From Vitrella brassicaformis CCMP3155 (Eukaryota; Protista; Chromerida), in contig CDMY01000305.1 of assembly GCA_001179505.1 (NCBI GenBank), positions 372,001 to 436,000 of the forward strand: a DNA stretch of 64,000 nucleotides. The letters run 5' to 3'. Of this stretch, positions 22,546 to 35,641 are shown piece after piece (the first letter of the stretch is position 1; each line of letters starts with the position of its first letter). The position numbers were made by a program, and so were the translations under genes. Below the pieces are notes generated by a model, which saw nothing but the letters and a program-made list of their open reading frames with translations, had not been told where the DNA came from and ran no database searches.

Positions 22546-23499
22546 GACTCTTCAGTGAATGTGATTCTATCTGTCGGAGCGTTCAGGGCTTGTTTCAGCG
22601 TGTAGGGAATGAAACATGGCGTGATTTCTGTGTAGTACTTTGTGGACTGGCAGCATCCTTCCCTGCGCTGGCTGGCTGGACTTATTCGACATGCCTAGAT
22701 GGATGGATGGATGTACAATCGGTGAGGTCGCATGCGTCTGTCGTTGAGTGCCGATCTGGTAGCGGTAGGCTTCTTGGCGTGGATGGACGAGAACAGGGGT
22801 TTGTGGGGCAAGACAACGATGGCCAATTCAATGCCATGTACAATGATCATATTCTAGTATACACGCAGGGGCCATTCTCGACGTGATGCGCTGCGCATGG
22901 TGGATGGCAACACACAAAGTACACGCACGCCCAGCCAGCGCCCTGATTCATGTGTGAGCTTTTCCCCTACCTACCTAGTGCTTCGGTACCTTTTGGCGGC
23001 TTGGCTTCAGTTATTTTTCACCCATGTGTGCGTGCGTGGGGGAATCAATAGCATTAAGTTTGAATTGATCTCGTCCCGTCTCCCTTCCCCCCCACCCCTC
23101 TCTCTCATGGTTTTCCCTCCGTGTGCGTGGGTGTCTGTGTGTGTGTGGATGTCCACATATCGCGCCCACACCGAACAGCAGGACACCTTCTCTGTCTGTG
23201 AGACATTTGCTCTTGTGTGTTCGTAATGATAGTACTGCATCTGTGTGCGTCAGCCCATAAATTAACCATTCACACCGTGACGTCCATGTGCGCATGTTCA
23301 CCGAGTCCTTGCCTCAGCTTCTCTCTAGCAGCCAGTCACACGAAGGAGACACCGATTAGCAATGGCCACGTACGCACCGATATAAAATGTAGGCAGCGAT
23401 AAATGAGCGGAGGCACCGCTCCTCCCCTCTCCCCCGCAAGCACATGTAGAAGAGCGATTCACCCGATGAGCCGCCGCCGCCGTGTCTTGTGTTTCTGCT

Positions 23500-25269
23500 T
23501 CAGTTTTTCTACAGTATACCAACCACAGCACAAACAGCCAAACACATATATGTGGGCATCCTTCCTGGCCGCCATCTTGAAAACACGTACCGGATTGTGG
23601 TATTGGATTTTCTGATGATCGAGACAATCTTGTAGACCCTTTGCGTGAGGTTGTCGACATTCTCCGTGAGGTTGTCGATTGCCCTGTCCCTGTCCATGGC
23701 GTCCCTCTGCTAATGTGCTGTGTTGTGTCCTTTGACTGTGTCGCTGTCTGCCTGTCTGCCTGTCTGCCTGTCTGTCTGTCTGTCTCTGTGTATGCCTACC
23801 TGAAGTACAAGTCCAACTCCCTCTCGGTGATGTCGTTGTGTGTGGGCGAATGGCTGTGAGAGTGGCGCGAATATCCTGCTTCACGCCGGCCTCGTCCAAC
23901 ACAGGAACAAACGGCATCTGTCAACCCTGCAGAAGTGCATCAATCACATATCGTGTCGCACAGGAGTGTTCTCTCCCCGCCCAACACGGCTCTCTGTGAG
24001 TGAGTTGGTGAATCTCTGCTGTACGCGTCCCTGGGCATCCTGTGGCCAGAAGAGGCCGTTGCTCGGCGCTCCGAAGATCCCCATCATACCCTCGAGGGCC
24101 GCTGCGTCCGACCCGTCTTCGTACACGTTGCACGCCTGGTCGACCCATTGTACAAACGGATACAGCCCCGCCCGCAGCTCCATCAGGGCCTGGATGTATG
24201 CTTGCACATCGCCCTTGGGGCCGTACGGCCTCTCCCTCAGCCTCATTTCTGTGGGGCGGGTGGCGGTTGGGTACTGACCGACAGACAGGGGCAACACACA
24301 CACGGAAAGACAGAGAGGCACATAAAATATATATGTCTCTATCTGTCTGTCTGCCTGTCTGCAGCGGGCTGGATGGGCTGGGTAAAAGAGAGTGCACGTA
24401 CATACCATGTTGTGGTCGACTGCGTCGTCGGGTGGGACCTGGTCGTCCTTGGCGCACCCCAGGTCGATCACGTGCAGATGGCCCTGGGCATCCCGCGTGA
24501 GGTTCTGCTTCTTGACGTCATTGTGAGTAACTGAAATGAGAAAAGAGGAAGAGAGAGAGAGTCATGTGTGTAGAGCCAGAGGCATACGTCCGTGCGTTCA
24601 TCTCTGTATGTGTCTTTCTGGCTGACCTCCATCCTGGTGCATGGCTTGAAACCCCTGCAGGCCCTGTCGCGCGATGTCGCGACACTCGGCCAGTGGCGGT
24701 CCCATCGCGAGATTGGCCGTGTGGATGGCCAGGTCCTCCCCACAGTCAGGGAGCACGAGGTAGCCGTGCTCGTCGTCGACCTCGAAGTAGTACGTCAGGG
24801 GCGTCACGACATGCGGGCTGGCCATGGTGTTGGGCCGGGTGAGATACATGTGCTCATCTATGTACACCAAACGAAGGATCCGAGAGAAAGATCTTGGCGC
24901 GCATGCACTTACTGTCCAGCGCCGCTGCAGGACCCTCACCCTCAGCCTGAAAATGCATTGCAGGCACGCAGAGAGGAATTCAGAATTATAATCGCCGAGC
25001 TGCAGTGCGTCCCTTCTTGATGTATGCACGTTGGCCTCTCCATCCATGTATCGGGCGGACTGACGCGTCCAGGTCGGGCGCCCCCCTTCGCTCCTCGCCT
25101 GCTCGATGAGTCTGTCGCGCGCCTCTTCCATCTGAAAGCACATGCGATTGCTGCAGACGTGCAGGAGGTTAAGTCTGAAGCTGATACTTACTACTTTGAC
25201 TTTCTGCTTCAGACTGCATGACACCCTATACAATGCATGCTTGGCGCGCTTCTCGCACTGCATCCATCT

Positions 25270-25300
<31 letters not shown>

Positions 25301-26580
25301 AAAAAGTATGAGGTATGTCTGCTCGGGGCCGATGGAGAGGCTGCCTCCCGCCCATCTGCAGCTGCTGCTCCTCCATCTCCTCCATCTTTCGCTCGGCATC
25401 CCTCAAGCGACTCTCGTACTCAGACGTGTCGTCATCATGCTTTTGCTGATATTGGAACCACAGGACACAACGCCAATGAAGGATGTGTCTCTGCCCCACC
25501 TTTAGTTCTTGGTATTTGTCTTCCTGCTCGGTGAGTCTGTTCTGCCAGTCCTTTTCGCCGCCGTCGGACGCGTCCTGTATTGCAGTCTTGGCGCCTGTGT
25601 GTGAGTGCCTGCACCTGGCGCCCGCTGTCTTTGAGCATCTGCGCCTTGACCTGCACTGCTATGTCCTTGCCTTTCACCTTAGACTCGACCGTCTTCAATC
25701 TCCCACGCATCTCACGTGCCTACAAGAAAGAGAGGTCCGCCTGCGTTGCGGTGGTGGCCCTGCGGCCGCTGTTTCAGTCACCTCCTGCTGCAGAGTAGTG
25801 ATTTCTTGTTGGAGCTCTTCTCCAAGGGAGGTTTGGTGGCGTAGGTGGCTTTCGGTCTCATCGGCCTGATGGTTTATGGATGACACACGCACAATAGATG
25901 CCACAACAGGATGGTGTGTATGATCATGGTCACCCACACACACAGAGAAACACAGACACACAGACATATATACGCAGAGAGAGAGGCTGACCTGTTTTCG
26001 GAGGTTGCCTTTGGCCTTTCTAATGTCATGTAGCTTCTCTTGAAGCCCACGGACGTCTTCACCATGTTTTTGCTGACGAGACCACACACACAGAAACTTC
26101 CCCCGCAAGCATCTCGCACCATACCTGCAGCTCCTCATAACGCATCATTTGGTTGTTGAGCTCCTGGGCGTACGGCAACCACACAAGATGGTAAGGAAAC
26201 GGACTGATGCCGGGCAGTGGCCTGCCCCTCCCTTTTTTGCTTGCCTCCTGCAAACGCTCCGCACGAGATCTTGGCGTGTGTGCACTTACTGTCCAGCGCC
26301 GCTGCAGGACCCTCACCCTCTGCCTGAAAGTGCATTGCAGGCACACCCAAGTAGGACAATTGGTGAGCTGAAGTGCATGAAGTGCGTATGTACCTTCTTG
26401 ATGTATACACGTTGGCCTCTCCATCCATGTATCGGGCGGGCTGACGCGTCCAGGTCGGGGGCCCCCCTTCGCCCCTCGCCTCCTGCTCGATGAGTCTGTC
26501 GCGCGCCTGACAATCTGAAAGCACATGCGATTGCTGCAGACGTGGCGTTGGTGCCTGGAGTGCCTCCTGCCGGCTGCACG
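23500..26580 (-). CDS. Divergent Ser/Thr protein kinase with coiled-coil segments and duplicated N-lobe exons; possibly a pseudogene
   Basis: GEGRRG and GQRVYIKK (about 26480-26400), ALDNEHMYL, YLVLPDCGEDL, MHQDGVTHNDVKKQN (HxDxKxxN, exon from 24530), HVIDLG, TRPTE..PYGPKGDV. 24900-25160 duplicates 26280-26545. Confidence 0.65.
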
Positions 26581-27515
26581 TCAAAAAGGTTCCTCTTCAG
26601 GAAGTCGTCTTGCGTTCAGATAGAACGCATCTCAGGACGACGACCATCTCACTTGAGTCTCTTGGGGACGGGCCTCAACGAGGTGCCTCTGAGAAGCCCG
26701 AAGAGAGCCGGTGCAGCTGGTGTTCGTGTGACTTGAGAGAGTGAAGACAGGCTCTGTTGACGTTGACCGGCACTGGCTGCACCGCTCTCCTCTCCTTGGA
26801 CCCCTCCCACACTGCCTCCACCCTCTTGGCCTGCAGGACGATTGCGGAAGACTCTTCCTTGACGGCTTTGGCTGCGCGGCGGGCCACATTTGCAGAAGAA
26901 TGCCCGCCATCCTCCTCCAACCTCCTGGCTGTGTTTAAATTTCGTCTATTGAAAGCTCATGATGCTGCTCTTCATTCATCCACGGCGGCTGGGAAGGATT
27001 GGCTGCTGCCAAACAGACTAAAACAGACGGCAGACTGAGAAGGTAGGGATTAATTTGTCTCCCGTCTCGCCCATCGAGAAATCTCGCCGGACCCTTTTTC
27101 GTTGAGAAGACAGATAAACAGCACAGAGGCAAATTTGACGGTTGTTCTTCTTTCTTGTTGTTTTCTGCAGACAGTCTGAATGGGTACGATGCAGGCGGCA
27201 GACCTCAGGGTAGGTGCATGGACTGCACATAATATTGTCCATTCTTGTCGTACTTTTGCCCATTCCTCCAACACGCGACCTCCCCCCGACTCTCCCCCTC
27301 TCCGTCAACACACTCAAAAGAAACGACCACCACAAACGACTCCCCACGTGAGTGTCTCTCGTCTCTCCCAGTGTCTCTCACTCAGAGAAAAATATACTAC
27401 GAGGAGATATCATAACTACTGAGTTATCATACTGACTGTACAGCGTCGTCTGCCGTACGATCGTAGATGTGTGGACCCATAGATGAATGCATTCATATAG
27501 AGATCTGCAGACATA

Positions 27516-30500
27516 TCAGGCCCTCGCCTCTGCCGTGGCGAGGACGATGTCGTCCTCCAACTGGTGCCCGTGGAGGGCCTCGATCTGCTCCTCAACCTCC
27601 TCCTCATCTGCACACACACACACATCCACATACACAGCCACACATTCGCACCAACCAACACCTGAGAAAAGACTTGGTGTGTGGTTCTTGTGGCATACGT
27701 GTTGTGTGGGTCGCCCCGTTGAGCCACACGCGATTCCCGTTCAGATTGGCCGGCGGCACCGGTGCGGCCTCGCTGCCGCTATTCTGCTCCTCCTTTGTGG
27801 CTGTGGGTGTGGGTGTGGGTGTGATGGTCGCCATTGGTGCCCCACCTTTGGCCTCGTACCATGTCTCGGCCACTCGCGCGTCGACCTCGAGGGGCACCGA
27901 GAGGCCGTAGCGGGGGAAGGGGTGGCGCATGACGTCCAACACGATCTCACACGCAGCGGCCGCGTGAGCCTCAGGGCCCTGGCAGATGGACAAATGGATA
28001 GATGAGATATGTCATGTGTGGCTGGGTAGTCGTGATCAACACTGGCAGACCTCGAGTAGGAATTCGTCGTGGACCTGCATGATGAGTGTGTATCCCATCT
28101 GCTTGAGGGCCGGGTGGTCCCGCAGCCGCAGCATGGCCGCCATGACCAGGTCGGCAGCTGACCCCTGGATCACGTGATTGACCGCCGCACGCTCAGACTT
28201 CTCGCGGAAACGCGCACACTTGTGACTGCACACAGGCAGGCAGACAGGCAGACAGGCAGACAGGCAGATGCATCGAGAGGGTGGGTTGATTTGCGGCTTG
28301 TGAGGATCCCCGCCCCCTGACTTGATGAATGGGAGTTTGCGCACGCGGCCGAGGAGGGAGCGGCTCTCGTTGGTGAAGCGCGCCTCGCGAACCATACGCT
28401 GGCAGCCAGCATCCGACAAGAGAGACACACAGACGTTCTGGCGATGGGGGTGGGGGTGCAGAGGTACTTGGGTGGGTGGCCTACCTCTTTCCAGAGCTGC
28501 ACCTCCGTCTTTTGCTGATACCAACGATCGAGGAAGTCCTGAGCCTCAACGTACTGATGCGTGACGCAATCAACACAGAGACACATCGAGAACCGCCCGT
28601 GTGTCGATGCGTGTGTGCCAGTAAGTGACCTTGCAGCCGAGGTCGTCAGCGAGTGCCGCAGGCCCCTTGCCGTACGCAATGCTGAAGTTGATCATCTGAA
28701 CCACACCCAAACACACACACACACATATAGAGCACACAACCAACGGAGTCGTCCGTGCGGGTGTCTCTCCATCGATGTGCGTGTGAATTGGTGGGTACCT
28801 TTGCAACGCTCCTCTCGTAGCGGAACCTGTCCTTGACCGACGGCCGACCGTCCAACGCCCCGCCGCCCTCCGCATTCCGGTCACACACTTCGCCTTTCTC
28901 AACAGCCATGCGTACCTGCCCAGCCACACACACAAATGTCCGCTTGCACGAAGCCTATGTGTGTGTGTGTTGTGTGTGTGTCATCTCGCGTACGTGTTCG
29001 AACATTTCGATGGCAGTTTCCGAGTGCAGGTCGGCCCCCTGCTGAAACTTGTCGATGAGGAAGGGGCAGCTGCTGGCGTGGGCGAGCACACGCAGCTCCA
29101 GCTGGCTGTAGTCGGCAACAACCAGTCGGTGGCCTGCATGAAATGGGGAACAGGGGAAGGAACTCATGGATGGATGGATGTGTGTGTGTTGTGCAGGTGT
29201 GTGTGTGTTGTGCAGGTGTGTGGCAGCCAGGCATCCAGACCTTCGGGAGCTTTGAATGCCCGCCGGACGCCATATATGTCGTTGTTCTTGGAGGGCTGGT
29301 TCTGTAGGTTGGGGCGGCGGGACACGAGCCGACCTGGGAGACACAGGGGAGACCGCGCACGGGCGATGTGTTTGCGTGCTGGTCTGCCATCTACCTGTGG
29401 CTGTGTCTGGCAGCAGGGAGGAGTGGATGCGGCCCTCGTCGTCGGCCTTGGCCTGCATTGATCCACCAGCAACGGCCAGAACTGTGTGTGGTGGGGGCTT
29501 CATGATTGGTCGCGCCTGCCTGCAAGGGCCGTATGTATGACGACAGCAGCCGCCGCGCACGGACGGCCTCACGCAGGTGCCACAACCCCTTGCACGCCTG
29601 CACATAACACAACCACATCACATCAGGATCACATCAGGATGGATGCATCAGCTATGGGTGTCGTGTTGTCACCTCAAACGCCCTCTCAGGTCCGATCTTG
29701 AGCTCGAGTTGGTGGAATGCCTCTCCCAGCAGCGGGGGGTTTCTGAAGGGCTCGCCGGCGAACCACCGCAGAATCTGCTGGCTCGTCTTGGGCCAACCCG
29801 TCTCCGTCCACGCCGCTTTGGACTGAATGAATGAATGAACCGCCAACAACACCCGCACAAACACTATCCATGTGCGTGTGCGTGTGTGTGGCCCCCCGAT
29901 GCAGCGGACCGGACCTTCTTGCCGGCCTTGACTTTGAGCCCGATGCCTGTGATGGTGAACGAGATGTTCTTGGTGGCCCTGATCTTGCCCTCGGCGACCT
30001 CCTGTCGCGTGTTGGGGGCCTGGAAGCTGCTGGAGGGATTGAGTATCTCGGACGTCTTGAGGTTCATCTGCTGGTCTTCGGGCGGACAGTCGGGGTCGCC
30101 GTACAGAAACTGCCTGCACACACACACACACACAGGGAGAAGGCGTGTTGTCTTAGGTGTTAGGTGTTAGGTGTTAGGTGTTAGGTGTTTGGTATGTGTG
30201 GCACCTGATTTGCATGGCACTGATGATGTTGATGCAGTCTGCCCGCGGGTTCAGGGGCTGCCGATCGGAGCCCTCGAAGGACTGAGCCCAACGGACAAAC
30301 GCATCCTGGTGGCTCTGGGTGACATGAGACATACATGCAGATGTGTGTGTCAGCCATCCATCCATCCATCTATTTGTGGGCGGTTTGTGCTGAGTGACCT
30401 GTGTGCCCATGGCGGCCTCGTGTTCGATACGCTTGAGGTGCTGTCTGTCGAGGTACATGCCCTTCTCCTCAATCTCACACAACAACCCACCCAACGGCGT

Positions 30501-31926
30501 CCAATACGTCTGCACACACACCCACCCACCCACCCACCCACACACACAGACAGAGAGAGAGAGGGAGAGAGAGAGAGAGAGATCCAGCCAGCCATTCGTC
30601 CATATGAGACATACATTTTCCCTCAGCCCACCCACTCACCTGCACGAAGTCCCACATGTTCTTGCCCGTCACCTTATCCTTCTCCCAATGCCGCTTGCCC
30701 AGCACGGCGTCACCCACTACCACAGCTGTCCCCTCCCCCTCTCCCTCTCCCACCCCACCCCCAATGCCCGCATGCACCTCGGTCAGCCACTGCTGGTCCT
30801 GGAGTATCTGGCGGAAGTGCTGGTAGAGAAAGTAGGCGCCCCTGGCGTCCTCACACCCGTACCGCACCCACTTGATCAATGTCGGCTCGTCCGCAGAGTC
30901 GTGCACGTCCTGCGCGTCACGACCGCCGAAATGCTTCCTGCGTCAGTCGTCAGTCGGACACACGATAGACGATACGTGTGTCCAGGCCCTTCCCCTCCCC
31001 CCCATTGTGTGTGTGGCCTACTTGAATTCATCGATGGTGACGCGGCCACTGACGTAGTGCTGCGTGAGGCTCTTGAGCGAGTAGGGCTTGCCCGACACAG
31101 CAGGGGGCTGGGAGGAGCCCGCCGCCTTCCTGCCGGCCTTCTTGCCCCCCTTGCCCTTGCCCTTCTCCCCCTGACCACCGCCACACATGATCGAGTACAT
31201 GCGGGCGGCCCCGATGCCGCCATCGAAGGTGAAGCGGACCGTGGAGCTGTGGCCCATCTTGCGCCTCAGCAGCCCCTCCTGCACCGCATCCCTCTCGTCC
31301 TCAAGGATGCCCTCCCCCTCCCCCAGCTCCCTCTGCAGGTCCTCCTCGTCTTTCTGCCGCACGCGCCGCTCCCACGAGGAGAGGGAGGTGTCTATGAGCC
31401 GGGCCAGGTGCCATGTGTCGGCCTCGAAGCCCTCCACGCCGATCTGCTGGCGCTTGAGGAGGTGCCGGTCGAAGGAGAAGTTGTGGAAGACCTTCCTGAA
31501 GATCGGGTTCTCGAAATACTCCTTGAAGGCCAGCAGCCACTCCTGGCCGCCCTCCCCCTGGTTGTCGATCCACAGAAAGGGCCCGCTGCCGAAATCCACC
31601 TCCTCGCCGGCATAGCAGGAGCCGGACACCACTCTGCCGTGACTGACGGGGCTCTGCACCGTCGGCAGGATTTCAGTGGCCTCGACGTCCCACGCGTGCG
31701 CCCTCTCCCTCAGCGCATCACAGGTCAGCACCTCCAGCGCCTTGCATGCACTGCTGCGGTCGGTGACCATGGTGATGCCGGAGGTCCGCCTGAGCTCATG
31801 GTCCGATATGCAAAGACCCTTCTGGGCGAGGCGATGGCGACGCTGGGCGGCCGAGAGGGTGGCGAAGCGGGATGCAGAGGTCCCGGGAAGCACCCGGGCG
31901 ATGCTATTCACCTTCAAGAGACCCAT
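27516..31926 (-). CDS. Organellar family A DNA polymerase of the POP type (plant/protist organellar polymerase) with 3'-5' exonuclease
   Basis: ExoI AWDVEAT, SPVSHGRVV..YAGEEVDFG..LWID, ExoII KVFHNFSFDRH, GFEADTWHLARL, ExoIII WVRYGCEDA; motif A VVADYSQLELRVLAH, motif B RSVAK-MINFSIAYG, motif C LIMQVHDEFLLE. Confidence 0.92.
30153..30187 (+). repeat. (TTAGGTG)5 heptamer array inside a POP intron
   Basis: Five perfect tandem TTAGGTG copies read directly. Confidence 0.95.
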
Positions 31927-32162
31927 TACTCACTCCGGAGGATGAGCCATTCCTTTGTTTGCCTTCAAACCCCAATTGTCAAACCCTGCACCCTAATTGT
32001 TGACCCCAACCCTGCACCCTTCGGACGAGCGAAAAAGAACCGTACACCAAAACACCAAAACAACACTCAAAGGCACACAGGAGGCCACACCAGCAAACGA
32101 AACCCACAGAGCACGCTTGGCGCAAGAAGGAGAGCTGCGTGAATATTCGGCTGTTGTTCATC

Positions 32163-33974
32163 ATGGCAACCCAGCCGAGACCTCCCCGTCCCCCTCCGGT
32201 AGGCCCCTTCTTCTTCCGTCCTCCCTACCCATTCCACCCATTCCCGCGTCCCACGCCCCGTCCGCCTGCCGCTCACTCAGTCCCAGCGATGCGACCGTCT
32301 ATGACCGCCGACCTCGCCGTCGCACAGACGCCGGGCGACAGGAGAGGGCAGGGAAGAGGAAGAGGCTATTATCGAAGCTTCAGTGAGGGCGCTCCTGCTC
32401 GGAGCGACAGCATTGAGCCGGAGAGGGAGGCACAGCCGCAACAGGTGAGTCAGGGAGGCAGGAAGGAAGGAGTCAGGGAGAAGATATGGTTGGTATGCAT
32501 TGCATTGCATGTGGGCGGTTTTGGTGCTCTATCTCTCTCAGGTGCGGTGGACCTTCCACGAGCTCGTGTATGCGATATTCGCGCGGCACCTGCTGATCGT
32601 GTTTGTCTTTCTGGTGATCTTCTACTTCAGCGTCTTGGGCATCGAGTCGTCGCGCTACTGGGACACCTACTGCGAGGAGCCCATCCTCCCCTGGATGTGC
32701 ATCTTCGCCGCCAACCAGCTCGGCCGACTCATCTACGCCATGTGGAAGAACTACCACATCGCCCTGGTCGGCTCGGGCACCCGGCCGGAGGACGTGTGTG
32801 GCCACCACTACATGTACGGCTTTGGCATCATCAACGAGTTTCTGCGGATGGGCGTGTGGAGTGCGGGGTTCTACTACATCGTGTACAATCCGCCCAAGGT
32901 GTGTCCGCGGGAGCTGGTGGAGTGGAGCCAGACGCTGTGGTGGCTGACGACCGTCATGCTGTTCGCGCCCCTCCTGCTGGTTCTGCTCATCCTCTCGATG
33001 CTGCCGCTGCTCCTCGTCATTCTGCCCTACTTCGTCAGGTGAATAATGGGGCGGTCGGTCGGTAGACTTTCTTTGTTTCTTCATGTTTCATACATTCATC
33101 AGACGCGGCCCCAATCAGACGGCCACCGCCGAGAGTCTGCTGGAGCAGCTCCAGAAGATGCCGTACGAGCAGCTCGTGAGGCGCATCAAAGAGACCCACG
33201 GCCTCGTCACCTCCGAGGCGGCCAGCCAGGAGGGCGGCGGTCCGCCACTCGGTCTCACCGAAGCAGCTGCCAACGGGCAGGGAGGGGGGCAGGAGAACGG
33301 CCTGCAGCAGCCGCTGTTGGGCATCACGACCGAGGGCGGGGCTGAGGGCGGCGTTCGGGGCGGGCAGACACAGCCGGTGAGGCGGGGCAGTCCCACACGA
33401 GAGAGCGCCGCGGCTGCGACGTTGGAGATGCAGCGCATCGGCGACGAGGGGCCGAGTGCCGCAGCTGCTGCTGCAGCAGCAGGGGCCGGTGTGGGTGCTG
33501 GGGCGGCGGAGGCTCCGGCGGACACGAGCTGGATTCAGACTGAGTGTAGCATATGCCTCCAAGAGGTAATTGATGAAGCTGTGGAGAGGGAGGGAGGGAG
33601 CCATGAAGGAAGGAAATGGGTTTCTGGTCTGGTCTGGTCTGTGGTGTGCCGTGGTGTGCTTTGGCATCATCAGTTTCAACCTCAGGATGAGGTGATATGT
33701 TTGCCGTGCGATGAGCGACACTTCTTCCACACCTCATGCGTCACAGGTACTTACACACACTCCCTCACTCACCCGACGTGATAATGCGATCGACGCCGTG
33801 TGTCTGTTCTGTTGTGTTCTGTTGTGTTCTGTTGTGTTCATTCGTGCAGGTTGGCTGCGTATGAGTCAGCTGTGTCCCGTCTGCCGCACCAACATCAGCG
33901 ACCTCCTGGCCTCACAAGTCGCTGAGGCCCGGGCGCAGGAGGACTCCAACGCTGCTGGGCCACAGAACGTCTGA
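32163..33974 (+). CDS. Multi-pass membrane RING-H2 E3 ubiquitin ligase
   Basis: Hydrophobic exon 32542-33038. Spliced C-terminus ECSICLQE-FQPQDEVICLPCDERHFFHTSCVT-GWLRMSQLCPVCR (C3H2C3). Confidence 0.9.
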
Positions 33975-35033
33975 CCTTTCTTTCCATCCTCTCAGAGATG
34001 CACGCACGCAGGAGGGCAGGCGCGCTGCAGCCCTTTGTTGTCTATCGAGGGTGAGTGGCACTGACTTGTGCAGGTAGAGATCTGCGTGCAGTGCATGCGT
34101 CGCCTTCAGCTTCCTCACATACATCACACAAAGGATGCAGCGCAGCCCAGCGCACTGCCTGTGCTGTGAATGTCACAACATCGTGTGTGTCTGTCGACAG
34201 AGTGAATGTTTGTTTGCTGCCGACCGGTACGCTGTCTGACAGACTGACTGACTGACTACCTGGCTGAGAGAGAGACAGAGAGAGTGCGCATGTTTGTATC
34301 ATGATGATTGTGTGGATGACACACTGAGTGAGTGTTCGCGACCAACACGATGGACGAGGAATGCCTTTTTTCGTAGTGGCGGTCGCGCGTTCGTTTGTTT
34401 GTTCGTTCGTTGGTTTGTTTGCCAGAAGGCGGATGTACCTACCTGCATTTTTGGGTTGGTCTCTCTCACTGACTGCATCAGCATCAATGAATCAACGTCG
34501 TTATGTGCACTTCGGACGAACGACTGACCAAAGGGGTGTGAGTGAATGTGTCCATCCATCTATCCATCGTGTGTCCACCACTCACTCCACACAAAGACGC
34601 TATAGCATCTCATACGTCCGACCATCTCACCAACCAAAAGAACACAGATGGGATGGCTGTGATGTGCCCCTCTCAGGTCTGTGACCGGCATCGGAGGACT
34701 GGCTGCTTGCCGTCTTTCAGGAAAGCAGCCAACCCTACGACACTCATCTCTGACCTGAGTGAGAGCTGAGCCTCTCCCCAAACCAACACCTAACCGGCTA
34801 AACCACTCAATCATTACCAGAACAGTGATCCGCTCCCGTCACTCACCCACCCATCCACACGACGAGGGAAAGAGAAAAACTCAGGCTCTTCCATCCAGCA
34901 CACACGCATCGAAGAGAGGGCAAGACAAGACAGCCATGGCATGCCGTCAACCACACCACACCCAGCCCTCTCACCCACCTGTGCGCATCGCAATGCCATC
35001 AACAACCCTAACGTGCAGTCGGTGCAAATCGGC

Positions 35034-35330
35034 TCACTTCCGCCGCCGCAGTGTGTCGTTGAGCAGCAGCAGCGACGGGAACCCATAAATGAAGGTCTGC
35101 ACGAACCACAGCAGGCATGCCGACCCGCTCATCGAGGCCTTGCGCGCCCTCGACACGGCGTAGAGGCCTTCTGCGACGTGAATGACGACGGCAATCGCGA
35201 AGATGGCCTGAAAGTGCCATCGGTGTGGCAGCAGCAGCATCGGCACCTCCGTGAACCCCGCAAGAGCCACGTAGACACAGCCAGCGGGGAGGAAGAGCCA
35301 CAGAGGGTTCACGAGGGCAAACTCCTTCAT
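35034..35330 (-). CDS. TMEM254 / DUF4499-like small membrane protein
   Basis: AVVIHVAEGLYAVSRARK..ACLLWFVQTFIYGFPSLLLL fits the family pattern IHxxEAxYA...WFxQTxxxGxxSL. Confidence 0.75.
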   Translation of the reverse strand: MKEFALVNPLWLFLPAGCVYVALAGFTEVPMLLLPHRWHFQAIFAIAVVIHVAEGLYAVSRARKASMSGSACLLWFVQTFIYGFPSLLLLNDTLRRRK

Positions 35331-35641
35331 CGTGAGGCAGATCTGACGGCCTCAGAGGCTGATAGCCAGTGGTTTCAGACCATCACCTCTCGAGCTCGCA
35401 GTCGAGAAGCGGTCGCTGCAAAAGGAGCCTCGTTTTGAGGACGTAGACGTCAGTTTCCTGCAGCATTTGGTCGGCGGACAGACCACTGTTGGCGGCACAT
35501 CCACAGGCGAGCGATGGAGGAGGCAGATCTCTCAGCCGGACAGAGAGATGCGATGCGGGTGTGGTACAGTACGGATGGTGCGGGTGTGTGTGTGCAGGCG
35601 AGGCGCATCGGTTTCGGTAGCTAGCTGGCCGTCACGTCATC

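Noticed and set aside
30394-32142. 582-aa plus-strand ORF
   Set aside because: Antisense shadow of the long POP exon; no family motifs.
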